NCBI GenBank assembly: GCA_963705305.1
Contig: OY970067.1
Coordinates: 1,568,001-1,632,000 of the forward strand
Source: an uncultured Methylomirabilota bacterium
Lineage (GTDB): Bacteria; Methylomirabilota; Methylomirabilia; Methylomirabilales; 2-02-FULL-66-22
DNA: 64,000 bases
Direction of reading: 5' to 3'
The position numbers and the translations under genes are program-made. The notes beneath the pieces are model-generated. The model did not search any database, was not told where the DNA came from, and saw only the letters and a program-made list of their open reading frames with translations. Below, piece after piece: positions 20,660 to 31,750 of this stretch (positions are counted from its first letter, which is position 1; each line of letters starts with the position of its first letter).

Positions 20660-22226
20660 TCAGCGGGGGCGTTCGAGGCCGAGCTTCTTGATGCGGGACT
20701 CGAGGGTGGTGGGCTTGAGGCCGAGCAGCTTGGCGGCTCCGGCCGGGCCGCGGATGTGCCAGCCGGTCTGCTCCAGCGCGGCCACGATCTGCGTGCGCTC
20801 GGCGTCGGCGAGGGTCGGTGGCGCGGCCACACTCGGGCCGGCGGTCGCCCCTAGCGGCACCCGGAGAGTCGAACCCTCGCTGAGGATGACTGCGCGCTCG
20901 ATCACGTTCCGCAGTTCCCGGATGTTGCCGGGCCAGGGGTAGCCCTGGAGCGCCGCCATCGTCTCCTGGGGGATCCGCTCCACGGGCTTGCCGAGCGCCT
21001 GGCCGAATTGCTTGGCGAAGGTCCAGACGAGCAGTGGGATGTCTTCCTGGCGCTCCCGAAGCGGCGGCACGGCGATCGGGAAGACATTCAGGCGGTAGTA
21101 GAGGTCCTCGCGGAAGGTGCCGTCCGCGACCCGCTTGGCGAGGTCCCGGTTGGTCGCGGCGATCACCCGGACATCCACCGTGAGGGTCCGGGTGCTGCCG
21201 ATCCGCTCCAGCTGCCCGTTCTCCAGGACCCGCAGCAGCTTGACCTGCAGCTCCAGCGGGAGCTCGGCGATCTCGTCCAGGAAGAGCGTCCCGCCGTGCG
21301 CCAGCTCGAACCGCCCGGCCTGGCGGGTCAGGGCCCCCGTATAGGCGCCCTTCTCCCGCCCGAACAGCTCGGCCTCGATCAAGGTCGGGGGGAGGGCCGC
21401 GCAGTTGACCGTGACCATCGCACGGTCCTTTCGCCGGCTCCGGCGATGGATGAGCTGCCCGAGCAGTCCCTTGCCGGTGCCGGTCTCCCCCAGCAGCAGC
21501 ACGGCGGTCTCGGTGGGGGCGACGTGGTCCGCCTGGGACAGCACCTGCTGCAGCGCCGGCGAGTTCCCCACGATCTCGCTGGGTTGCGCCTGGGCCGCCT
21601 CGCGCAGATAGGCGTTCTCGGCCTCGAGCTGCTGTTTCAGGCGCGTGGCATCGTCCAGGGCGCGCCGGAGCGCCTGCTCGCTCCGCTGGCGCGCCAGGGC
21701 ATTGGCAAAGATGTCCGCCAGGAGCTGCAGGCGCTGCACCAGGACGTTCCGGCCACTCGCGCTCGGTCCGGAGCGTGCCGAAGGAGAGCGCCCCGAACAC
21801 CCGCCCGCTCGCGGCCAGCGGAAAGATCAGGTTGGACTTCTGGTGGATCTTGCGGAAGGAGACCTGGTCACGCGTGGCCTCGGGGGGGAGCTCCGCCAGC
21901 GTCGCGAAGCGCACGGTCCCGCCCCGCAGCAGCGTCTGATGCACCCAGGGGAAATCCCGGATCGCAAAGAGCCCGGGCTGGGCCGCGAAGTCCGGCACGG
22001 CCCAGGCGTGTGTGATGACCAGGTCGTTCTCCGCCTCCGCCCGCTGCAGGAGGGTGCTGCGGTCCACCCCCAGCGCCTCGACGATGCGCCGCTGGGCCTC
22101 CTCAATCAGCCGGTCCACCTGCTCGGCCGGCACGTGGACGAAGCGGGCCGAGAGGTCGGCGAGAAGCGCCTCGAACCGCAGCCGCTCCTCCAACTCCGCC
22201 CGCAGGCCCTCTTCCGCCCGGGTCAT
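20660..22226 (-). CDS. sigma54-dependent activator (GAF-AAA+-Fis HTH, FhlA-like) with one frameshift near 21745
   Basis: N-terminal GAF-like part in one frame; [34 protein letters not shown] and HTH in another. One extra base at ...ccggaa c gtcctggtg... Confidence 0.92.
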
Positions 22227-22450
22227 GGCGCCACCCGCCGAGGGATGTGAAATTCGGGTAGTACCAAGATCCACACCTATTCGCTCTCCGCGCCGAGACA
22301 CCGTCACCACAGTTCGTCGCGACGGCACCTTACCCTGAAATTAGACCACAATAGCCTTAGTGCATTCAACCCAATTCAACCACCTCGCGGCGATGGCGTT
22401 GGCCGCGTCCCCTCTCTGCAGTGCGCCGCCTCTCCACTCCCCCTCCCCGT

Positions 22451-22600
22451 CCGATCCTTCGGAGCCTCTCCGATATATCGTGCGATTCCCGTCGCGATCT
22501 CCCGGGAGGCTTCATGCCGGCATCACCCCCCAACCGTACGATTCAACGCGACGGACACCTCCTGAGGCCACGGGAAAGCCAAATGGATTCGGCCTTGCAT
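22451..22600 (+). promoter_or_regulatory. sigma54 promoter cassette copy 4 (divergent from activator)
   Basis: CCGAtcctTCGG-agcctct-CCGAtataTCGT (22451-22481); IHF-like site at 22531-22543; TGGATTCGGCCTTGCAT (22584-22600). Confidence 0.85.
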
Positions 22601-22690
22601 GCTTGCCGTGCAAGGAGGGTGCGCCCAGAGAAGCCTGACGAGCCCCATGCCGGTGTCGATGGAAACACGTCACTCACGGAGGAGAAGACC

Positions 22691-23104
22691 ATGGAACAAG
22701 ACAGAGGCGACAAGGGAAGGGAGCAGCAGAGGAAGGCGAGCATGGGAGAGCGGTGGGGGGACGCCCAACCGACGAAAACAATCGCCTTCTGGTTGTGCGT
22801 GGCCTCGATCGCGCTCACGATGATCGTCGGCTTCGCCTGGGGCGGATGGGTCACGGGGGCGACCGCCCAGAAGATGGCGGAGACCAGGGCGGACGATGCC
22901 GTCGTCAATCGCCTGGCCCCGATCTGTGTCGTCCAGTTCAACCGCGATCCGGCGAAAGTCGAGAAGCTCGCGGAACTGAAGGGGACAGACTCGTGGCAGA
23001 GAGACGGGTACATCGAGAAGCAGGGGTGGGCGACCATGCCCGGCGAAGAGAAGGCTGACAGCAACGTCGCCGGGGCGTGCGCCCGGCTACTGCTGCCCAG
23101 TTAA
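22691..23104 (+). CDS. Hypothetical membrane protein (GGWVTG family), paralog of 8002-8421
   Basis: GGAGGAG RBS; high similarity to 8002-8421 along the whole length. Confidence 0.85.
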   Translation: MEQDRGDKGREQQRKASMGERWGDAQPTKTIAFWLCVASIALTMIVGFAWGGWVTGATAQKMAETRADDAVVNRLAPICVVQFNRDPAKVEKLAELKGTDSWQRDGYIEKQGWATMPGEEKADSNVAGACARLLLPS

Positions 23105-23857
23105 GTAACGCTCGTGGACTTGTGCCGTCGCGGTGGCCCCAGGCCAGCTGCTCCCCCTGCTCGCCCTCGGGCCACCCGTCGAGGAGTCGGCGCGTGGAGT
23201 CAGCCCAGAGGGTCCGGACTGTCCAGGTCGGTCGAGAAGACCTCGAGGAGCGCCCAAGACCGGATGGCCCCGGAATTCCCACCCCCTGGATCGCCTGAGC
23301 AGCCTGAGATTCCTGTCAAGAGAACCTGAAGATCGTCTGTCCGCAGGGCTGACCGGACTAGTCTATTTCAGGCGAGGGCGCACCAGTAAGATCCTGGTTT
23401 CACGCCGTTTGCAGGAAGGCATGTGGGCCTGGACGGGGGTTTTGGCGGACAACAACGCGACGCTGCGATCCAATCAACCTGGATGCCTGTGGGCCCACCC
23501 ATCCATTGCACAATTAGGGTGCCGGGGGAGCGGACCGCCAATTGAGCAAGACAGATTTCCCCCAGAAGGGATTGCCTCTGAAGCGAGACCTGAGGACCTT
23601 TGGAGCGCAGAGATTAGCGGGCGTCTTCGGCGCTGAAGGCCGAGGACGTTTGCGCAAGGTAGGGCCGTGCAAGCGCGGGACGAATTGGGAGGCGGGAATC
23701 GGGACTACGGGATCCGAGCCACCCGTGGATTCAAAGCGCCTGCACAGGCTTCCCAGGTGGCGAACGTCGGTTGTGGATCCCCAAATGGTTCCGGCTGGTA
23801 CGGTGTTTTGTGACCCGGCATCGATGTTTCCAGCATAGTTTTCACCGAAAGATTCAC

Positions 23858-23886
23858 TTGACATAATCTAAGTTTAGACATACTCT
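23858..23886 (+). promoter_or_regulatory. sigma70-type promoter of fur-katG with palindrome in the spacer
   Basis: TTGACA-17 nt-TACTCT, 9 nt before the ATG; TCTAAgtTTAGA dyad inside the spacer. Confidence 0.7.
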
Positions 23887-23895
23887 TAATTTACC

Positions 23896-24291
23896 ATGGA
23901 GGACATGCTAAAGAAACTGGCTGCCCACGGGATTCAGCCGACCCCGCAAAGAATTGCCGTGGCGGAATACGTCTTGAATACCCTGAACCATCCGACCGCG
24001 GACGAGGTGTGGATGAACGTGCGCGACCGCTGCCCGACCCTCTCGCGCGCAACGGTCTACAACACGCTCAACCTGTTCGCCGAGAAAGGCCTGCTCAGGA
24101 CACAGTTCCTGAAGGAAGGCGTCGTGGTCTTCGATCCGCACGTCGCGCCGCACCACCACTTCATCGATGAAGAAACTGGCAACGTGTTCGACATACCCTG
24201 GGACGCCGTGAAGGTCACGGGCGAGAAATCCCTCCAGGGCCTCGAGGTCAGGGAATACCAGGTCGTGCTGCGCGGTCGGAGGCGGAAGTAG
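23896..24291 (+). CDS. fur: Fur-family regulator (PerR/Irr-like)
   Basis: TPQRIAV, HPTADEV, SRATVYNTL, HHHFID. Confidence 0.95.
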   Translation: MEDMLKKLAAHGIQPTPQRIAVAEYVLNTLNHPTADEVWMNVRDRCPTLSRATVYNTLNLFAEKGLLRTQFLKEGVVVFDPHVAPHHHFIDEETGNVFDIPWDAVKVTGEKSLQGLEVREYQVVLRGRRRK

Positions 24292-26619
<2,328 letters not shown>

Positions 26620-26739
26620 CCTCAAAGGATAGGCCTGAAAGGTCTTATGCTGAGCCTCGACCTGGCGTCCGGTTCTCCCGGACCAGGTCGAGGTTCAGTG
26701 AACCTGCCGCTTCCTTTTTGACCTCGCGCGTCGCCCGGT

Positions 26740-26830
26740 AGCGATCGAACACGATTTTCTGGGCCGCGTCCGGGACGCAAGCCGCAGTCGCCGGGATGTA
26801 CGGCCCCCACCTGTCCATAACGACAAGCAG
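26740..26830 (-). pseudogene. ISL3-family transposase remnant
   Basis: VVMDRWGPYI..VPDAAQKIVFDRY resembles the ISL3 AMDMW.PY..IVFDRFH motif. Confidence 0.65.
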
Positions 26831-27064
26831 GACGCGGTGGCCCAATGGGCCGTGAGTGGTCAGCGTCCCAACCGGGACACCGAATCAAACGATAGTGGTT
26901 CCCCTCACAAACTACGCCGATCCGGGACGCGTCTCAAGATTATCCTTGATGGACATGGAGCGGGAGAATACTCATTCATGGGATCTAGGAGTTCATGCTC
27001 AGAGGAGAATCGAACCCGGCCGACGATTTCCTAGATCCATCAAGGGGTTACGGCCGGGATGCCT

Positions 27065-27090
27065 TTCCCGGCGCGATTCGAACCCGCGTT
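27065..27090 (-). repeat. Degenerate tRNA 3'-end fragment (att-like), copy A
   Basis: TTCCCGGCGCGATTCGAACCCGCGTT; 23/26 match to 50024-50049. Confidence 0.65.
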
Positions 27091-27299
27091 TATGCTACGA
27101 CCACGTTTTCGCCAATGTTTTCAGACGGTTATGAGATGGAGAGTGATGAAAAACTGGGTACGACTAAAACACGGGGGGTGGTTGTGGCTCGCCAATACGA
27201 GGGCCGCAGTTGGGGCTTTGGATGGGTCCCCACATCACGGCAACGAATAGTAGTAGGCTTGCCCCCCATGTTTCCGGGGTGGGTAGGCCAGCCCTTACC

Positions 27300-27974
27300 T
27301 CATACCCACTTTCTTAGCGAGTGCCTTTTGGCCCGAGTAGGCATCACTCGTGAGAGAAACCGACGTAGAGGCCATCTTGCCAGGCGAAACAGACGAATAT
27401 CGAAATCGCTGATATCCTTGCAGCGTCTTTGCCTGATAATGGAATACACGTCGTGCGCGTCCAGGTTGTTTTCAGAAAAGGCAGCCGGCTTCCGCGCCTT
27501 AACAAAAACGCCGGGGCCGCGAGGATCCCTTTCGACGACCTCAATCGAGAGGTCGGAAAATATCACTCTTGCATCATCCACTTCAAAGCGCCAGAAGTCA
27601 TGCGGGTACGCGTGGTAGCCCCATCCTTGCGACCGCGTTGTCAACAGCAGGATTCCATCCGGCTTCAGAACATTTTTCAAGTTGGAAGCGGCATTCCGCC
27701 AGTTGCGAACATGTTCGAATAGCTCAGTGCAGATCACTACGTCGAAGCTCTCCTTCCCATAACGGGAAGCTACATCGCAGATATCACATATATCGTCGAC
27801 ACCCGGACCCTCCACAATGTCAACACCCAAATAGCTCGAAGGTCGAAGAGCTTCAACAATTCCCCTCAGCGAGCCATTGACGTCAAATGCTCCCACTTCG
27901 AGGACCTTCTTCTTCGCTACCTCGTCGGAGGAGAGGTGGGACCTCCCAAACTGGAGGCAGGCTGCGTTGCACAT
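27300..27974 (-). CDS. Class I SAM-dependent methyltransferase
   Basis: [41 protein letters not shown]. Confidence 0.9.
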   Translation of the reverse strand: MCNAACLQFGRSHLSSDEVAKKKVLEVGAFDVNGSLRGIVEALRPSSYLGVDIVEGPGVDDICDICDVASRYGKESFDVVICTELFEHVRNWRNAASNLKNVLKPDGILLLTTRSQGWGYHAYPHDFWRFEVDDARVIFSDLSIEVVERDPRGPGVFVKARKPAAFSENNLDAHDVYSIIRQRRCKDISDFDIRLFRLARWPLRRFLSRVMPTRAKRHSLRKWV

Positions 27975-28247
27975 AAGCTGTCCTTCGGGCTTCTAATACG
28001 TCTTTTGCCGATGCAAGCCCCCCGCGTAGGGCTGGGGCTCCTCCTGTCGATTCTTAATGGGTGATGTGTTCGGGGGATTGCGCCAGAAGCGTATCGAAGG
28101 ACTCGACTGGTGTCAACAGCGGACGCTGCTGTCCCGGTAACGCGGGGGGCTGCCAATGCCGGAGGGATGGGGTGCCAAACCCGCGTTGATTGCCCCTGTA
28201 CTATCCCTGCTGTAGAATCAATAAGTTAGTTGACCGTCGGACAAGCC

Positions 28248-28280
28248 TTTAACCCCCGGGCTGCTAACCCGGGGGTTAAA
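28248..28280. terminator. Perfect 13-bp hairpin, possibly a bidirectional terminator
   Basis: TTTAACCCCCGGG-ctgctaa-CCCGGGGGTTAAA. Confidence 0.6.
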
Positions 28281-28578
28281 GTTTGTATGGGCAGGTGGAC
28301 AAGGAGGGACGCGTTATCGGCTGGCGAGGGCGATGACGCCGACGGCATTGGAACCCGAGTTATGGTTACGGCCACGTCTTCGCTTACGGATTCAGGAAGT
28401 TACACAGGGCGAAAAGGTCGAAAAATGGGGACGGACAAAACAGGGGCGTGCTTTTTTGGGAAGACCGATCTGGAGTGATACTAGTTCGACTCCTAGTTGC
28501 GTCCGCTAGTGGGTGAATGTCGGGACTGGCAGGGGACGTTTGAAATGGTCAAATGAAAACCGCCCCCAAGGTAAGCAC

Positions 28579-29241
28579 CTAAGAATCCATGAAAGCCTCA
28601 ATAAAAGCTGCAAATGACTTTATGTGTCCAGTCTCGCTTAAACGCGCGTGAATCTGTCGAAAGTACTTCTCATGGCTAATAACGCGTGGGTTACCTTTCG
28701 TATAGATTAATCTTGGATATCGGTCCTTCAACATTCTTTTGAGGTAAACGAAAGCAGATTGAGAGCGATTCAACTCCTCTGCGAGAGAAGGAAGAAGTTC
28801 TGGGTCTTGTTCTCGTACGTCATACATCCTGAGGTATTGCCTCAATATCACGTCTTGAGGGTGGCGACGGCACACTATGCGATTACCAAGAGCCCACGTT
28901 TCCAAACAAGGACATTGAACTATTAATCGTAGCTTCTGAGGGTCAAATCGGCCCCTTAGATATTCGAATATTTCGGTTACCTTCTCTTCGTAAGAAAACT
29001 CCTCTGCGTCAACAGCTACAACTAACACATCTATAGCAGCATTAGAATTGCAGTCCTCTACTGCGGAGTCGATAATTTTGAAATACCGTGGGTATCCGTT
29101 TCCCGAAATTAAGAAGTAGTTGTTCTTTACTATATCACTCACGGAAAATACTTGGACCAAATTAGGCTTGATAATTGACAGCCACTTGGGATAGACAATT
29201 CTCTCGCCACTCTTACCTTCAACAACTACGTATAGGTTCAT
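28579..29241 (-). CDS. TOPRIM-like putative nuclease partner of the ATPase
   Basis: VVVEGKSGE, VVAVDAEE, CLETW acidic motifs; ATGA overlap with ATPase stop; AT-rich. Confidence 0.7.
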   Translation of the reverse strand: MNLYVVVEGKSGERIVYPKWLSIIKPNLVQVFSVSDIVKNNYFLISGNGYPRYFKIIDSAVEDCNSNAAIDVLVVAVDAEEFSYEEKVTEIFEYLRGRFDPQKLRLIVQCPCLETWALGNRIVCRRHPQDVILRQYLRMYDVREQDPELLPSLAEELNRSQSAFVYLKRMLKDRYPRLIYTKGNPRVISHEKYFRQIHARLSETGHIKSFAAFIEAFMDS

Positions 29242-30368
29242 TCAATTCCGTCCGTATAAAATGGGTCATTAAGTAATTGGGTAAATTGTTCTTGCTTGGA
29301 TCCTTTGTATTTCTCCTTCACCTCCCTACCGCTTTTGATCCTCACTGAAAGTCCTTTGCGATGAAAGATATGCCAGTCTTCAATAGGAATGTTGTTAATA
29401 ATGTACGGATGGTGGCTGGTAATTATAAATTGACATTTGTCGGATATCGAATAAATAAGGTCGGGGAGAAAGTTGATTGCGTTGACACCTAATGAGTTTT
29501 CATACTCGTCAATAAGCAAAATCCCTGAATCTCGCATTAGAAATAAGTCAAGTATTAGTAGAAACAGTTTTTGCATGCCGGATGAGATATCATTGACAGG
29601 AACCCAGTCGTTAATGTTCTTCTCCTTGATGCAAAACACTGGGGCTATTAATGGCATTGCTGCAGACTCAAATACTTGCGAAAAACTGTGTATGGTTGTC
29701 TCTGAAATGAATGGAAACGCCTGTTTGTACAGATCGGTGATTGCATGATACATGTTAGAGTCAAGTGCCTTTAAGAGGTTCATTCTATTGTGGAAATCCA
29801 TGGGCTCGGCCAGAAGGAGTTGAACGTCCTTTTTTGCAAGTAGTTGTTTCTCGGCGTCTGGTGCGAGTGCGCCAAACTGAAAATTATTGCTTAGGTCGGT
29901 GCCATAGAACCTTCTAGCGACAATTCTGCGAAATCCATTATAGAGATCGCGGATCTCAGGTTCATCTTTAAGCAATGAGATAGCGGAAATATTCGTTGAT
30001 AATTTGGGCAACTCGATATCTTTCCAATGGAATGCCTGCCGATCTCTCCTGGCCAGTACTTGATTATTGTCTTTCCAAATCAATTCTTCGTTGACCACCT
30101 CCTTTTGGTTGATGCGTGAGGGAGAGGTCTGAACTAGTAGCTTGTAATTATAGACCTTGCCGTTAATTGAAACATCAGTATCCCAGTCACCCTCGTACAG
30201 TAATGTGTCCGACACGATTTGTTTTGTGAAGTTGACTATTGTGTTGAGGAATCTGGACTTACCGGTAGCGGAGTCGCCTACTAGGAGGTTGACTCTCGCG
30301 AAAGCAACCTCATCAAACTGCCATCCATCATGTGTTCCGCTGGAAAGCTTGTATCTGAGTAATTGCAT
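29238..30368 (-). CDS. ABC-type (AAA_21/AAA_15-like) ATPase
   Basis: Walker A GDSATGKS, signature ISSGMQK, Walker B LLIDEYEN, switch ITSHHP; AT-rich; no adjacent permease. Confidence 0.9.
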   Translation of the reverse strand: MQLLRYKLSSGTHDGWQFDEVAFARVNLLVGDSATGKSRFLNTIVNFTKQIVSDTLLYEGDWDTDVSINGKVYNYKLLVQTSPSRINQKEVVNEELIWKDNNQVLARRDRQAFHWKDIELPKLSTNISAISLLKDEPEIRDLYNGFRRIVARRFYGTDLSNNFQFGALAPDAEKQLLAKKDVQLLLAEPMDFHNRMNLLKALDSNMYHAITDLYKQAFPFISETTIHSFSQVFESAAMPLIAPVFCIKEKNINDWVPVNDISSGMQKLFLLILDLFLMRDSGILLIDEYENSLGVNAINFLPDLIYSISDKCQFIITSHHPYIINNIPIEDWHIFHRKGLSVRIKSGREVKEKYKGSKQEQFTQLLNDPFYTDGIE

Positions 30369-30705
30369 GTGTCCACTCCTGGAATAGTCGGTAGTTCTAC
30401 AGTGGGGCTACGACTGGGTACCAAGTTTGTTAAAATTAGACGGCGAGGAAAAATCGAAAGTGTTTTGTTAGAGCCTCCTCGACGTTGAGGGCGTCTGGAT
30501 TTCAGTCTGGTTATGTGGGAGTCTGGGCCTATACTGCATCATCACCCACACGGGTGGATCTTGGCGAGGGCAAGTTGAACGGCGCGGAAAGTAGTAGAAG
30601 TGTAGCGACGGTGGGGCACAATGTCAACGGCAGAGGTCGGAATTGCAGCGAGGGTGAGGGATATAGGAGCAAGGGGGGTCTGATTCTGACGTCGTGGAAA
30701 AATAC

Positions 30706-30738
30706 TTGACACCTCTTCGCACTAGTGTACACTAGTGC
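30706..30738 (+). promoter_or_regulatory. sigma70 promoter overlapped by a perfect 20-bp palindrome
   Basis: TTGACA (30706)-16 nt-TACACT (30728); GCACTAGTGTACACTAGTGC at 30719-30738. Confidence 0.8.
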
Positions 30739-30758
30739 ATATCGGAAGGAGGTGAGGC

Positions 30759-31043
30759 GTGATGGCGGTTGGCCCCGGAAAGACGCGGATCATCGTAACG
30801 GTGGATGCAGATGTGGTGGAGGACGTGCGGAAGCTCTTGGAGGAGTTGGGTTTTCGGCGAGAGTACCTGTCAACGCTGATTAACGATTCGCTGAAGGCCC
30901 AACGGGTGGCGTTCGGGCGGCTGGTCAAGGAAAAGAGGAAATTGAAGGGAAAGCAGAAATCGTTCGGGATGGGGGAATTCGTGGACCTGGTCTTCGGTGC
31001 GGTGGATGATTTGAAAGCGGCCGAAAAGAAGGGGAAGCTCTGA
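30759..31043 (+). CDS. CopG/RHH-like regulator
   Basis: KTRIIVTVDADVVEDVRKLL..LSTLINDSL strand-helix-helix; AAGGAGGTG RBS. Confidence 0.65.
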   Translation: MMAVGPGKTRIIVTVDADVVEDVRKLLEELGFRREYLSTLINDSLKAQRVAFGRLVKEKRKLKGKQKSFGMGEFVDLVFGAVDDLKAAEKKGKL

Positions 31044-31060
31044 AAAGGGGGTGATCCAAG

Positions 31061-31291
31061 GTGGGGGCGAGGTCGAAGGGAAGGAGGGCAGGGGGACCAC
31101 CCAGCCGAGCGATGCTGTGTGTCCTGGAGCGTGCGGTGGAGTCGGCAGGGCCAGGGGGCGTCGTAATGACGGTATGGACGCCTGGGCGGACATTCGGGGC
31201 AAAGGACCAGGGAGAGCTGCGCGAATACCTCATGGAGAAGTGGGGGGCAACCTTCGCGGGGAGCATCGGACGGAGGGGGGTCCTGAGGTGA
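31061..31291 (+). CDS. Small hypothetical protein
   Basis: GGGGGTG RBS-like motif; packed between neighbours in the element operon. Confidence 0.5.
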   Translation: MGARSKGRRAGGPPSRAMLCVLERAVESAGPGGVVMTVWTPGRTFGAKDQGELREYLMEKWGATFAGSIGRRGVLR

Positions 31292-31689
31292 GGGGGGAGG
31301 TCGGAACGTTGAACCGGGGGCATCCTGGAGGGTCGGTTTTGATCGTGTGCGTAGAAAATTCGGCCCTGGGCGAAGAACACCCAGCGCGGGCGGCTGCGGG
31401 GGGCACCCGCCCGCGCACGCACCAGGGACCAGCGAGGGCCGAGGCCGGCGACGCGAGGCCGGCCCCCCGGGCCAGCGCGGAGCCGGTCCGGCCCGGACGG
31501 TCGGACACCACCACGCCCAGTCATCGACAGACACCCGCCGGCAAAGAGCCCTGCTATCTGGTGGAGTGTCCCATCTGTGGAGGCCAGGTGGATCATGGTG
31601 GGTCGGAGTCGATCGCGTGGGCGTGGGCGACGGTGCATGACGAGGTGGAGGGGCACGAGGTCGGGACGGCGTACGTGGTGAGGGCCTAA
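31288..31689 (+). CDS. Hypothetical protein with C2H2-like zinc site
   Basis: GTGA overlap with upstream stop; CPIC-x19-HDEVEGH at the C-terminus; start uncertain. Confidence 0.5.
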   Translation: MRGEVGTLNRGHPGGSVLIVCVENSALGEEHPARAAAGGTRPRTHQGPARAEAGDARPAPRASAEPVRPGRSDTTTPSHRQTPAGKEPCYLVECPICGGQVDHGGSESIAWAWATVHDEVEGHEVGTAYVVRA

Positions 31690-31750
31690 ACAAAGAGGCG
31701 GCCCCCCGGAAGAGCCGAGGCTTCCAGGGGGCCAGGTGGGGGGAGGTGTG

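Noticed and set aside
23110..23850. ORFs in the gap before fur
   Set aside because: No recognisable protein or coding bias; probably decayed or intergenic.
27975..30368. Retron-type system (ncRNA + ATPase + nuclease)
   Set aside because: No reverse transcriptase anywhere in the window and no msr-msd-like long inverted repeat seen.
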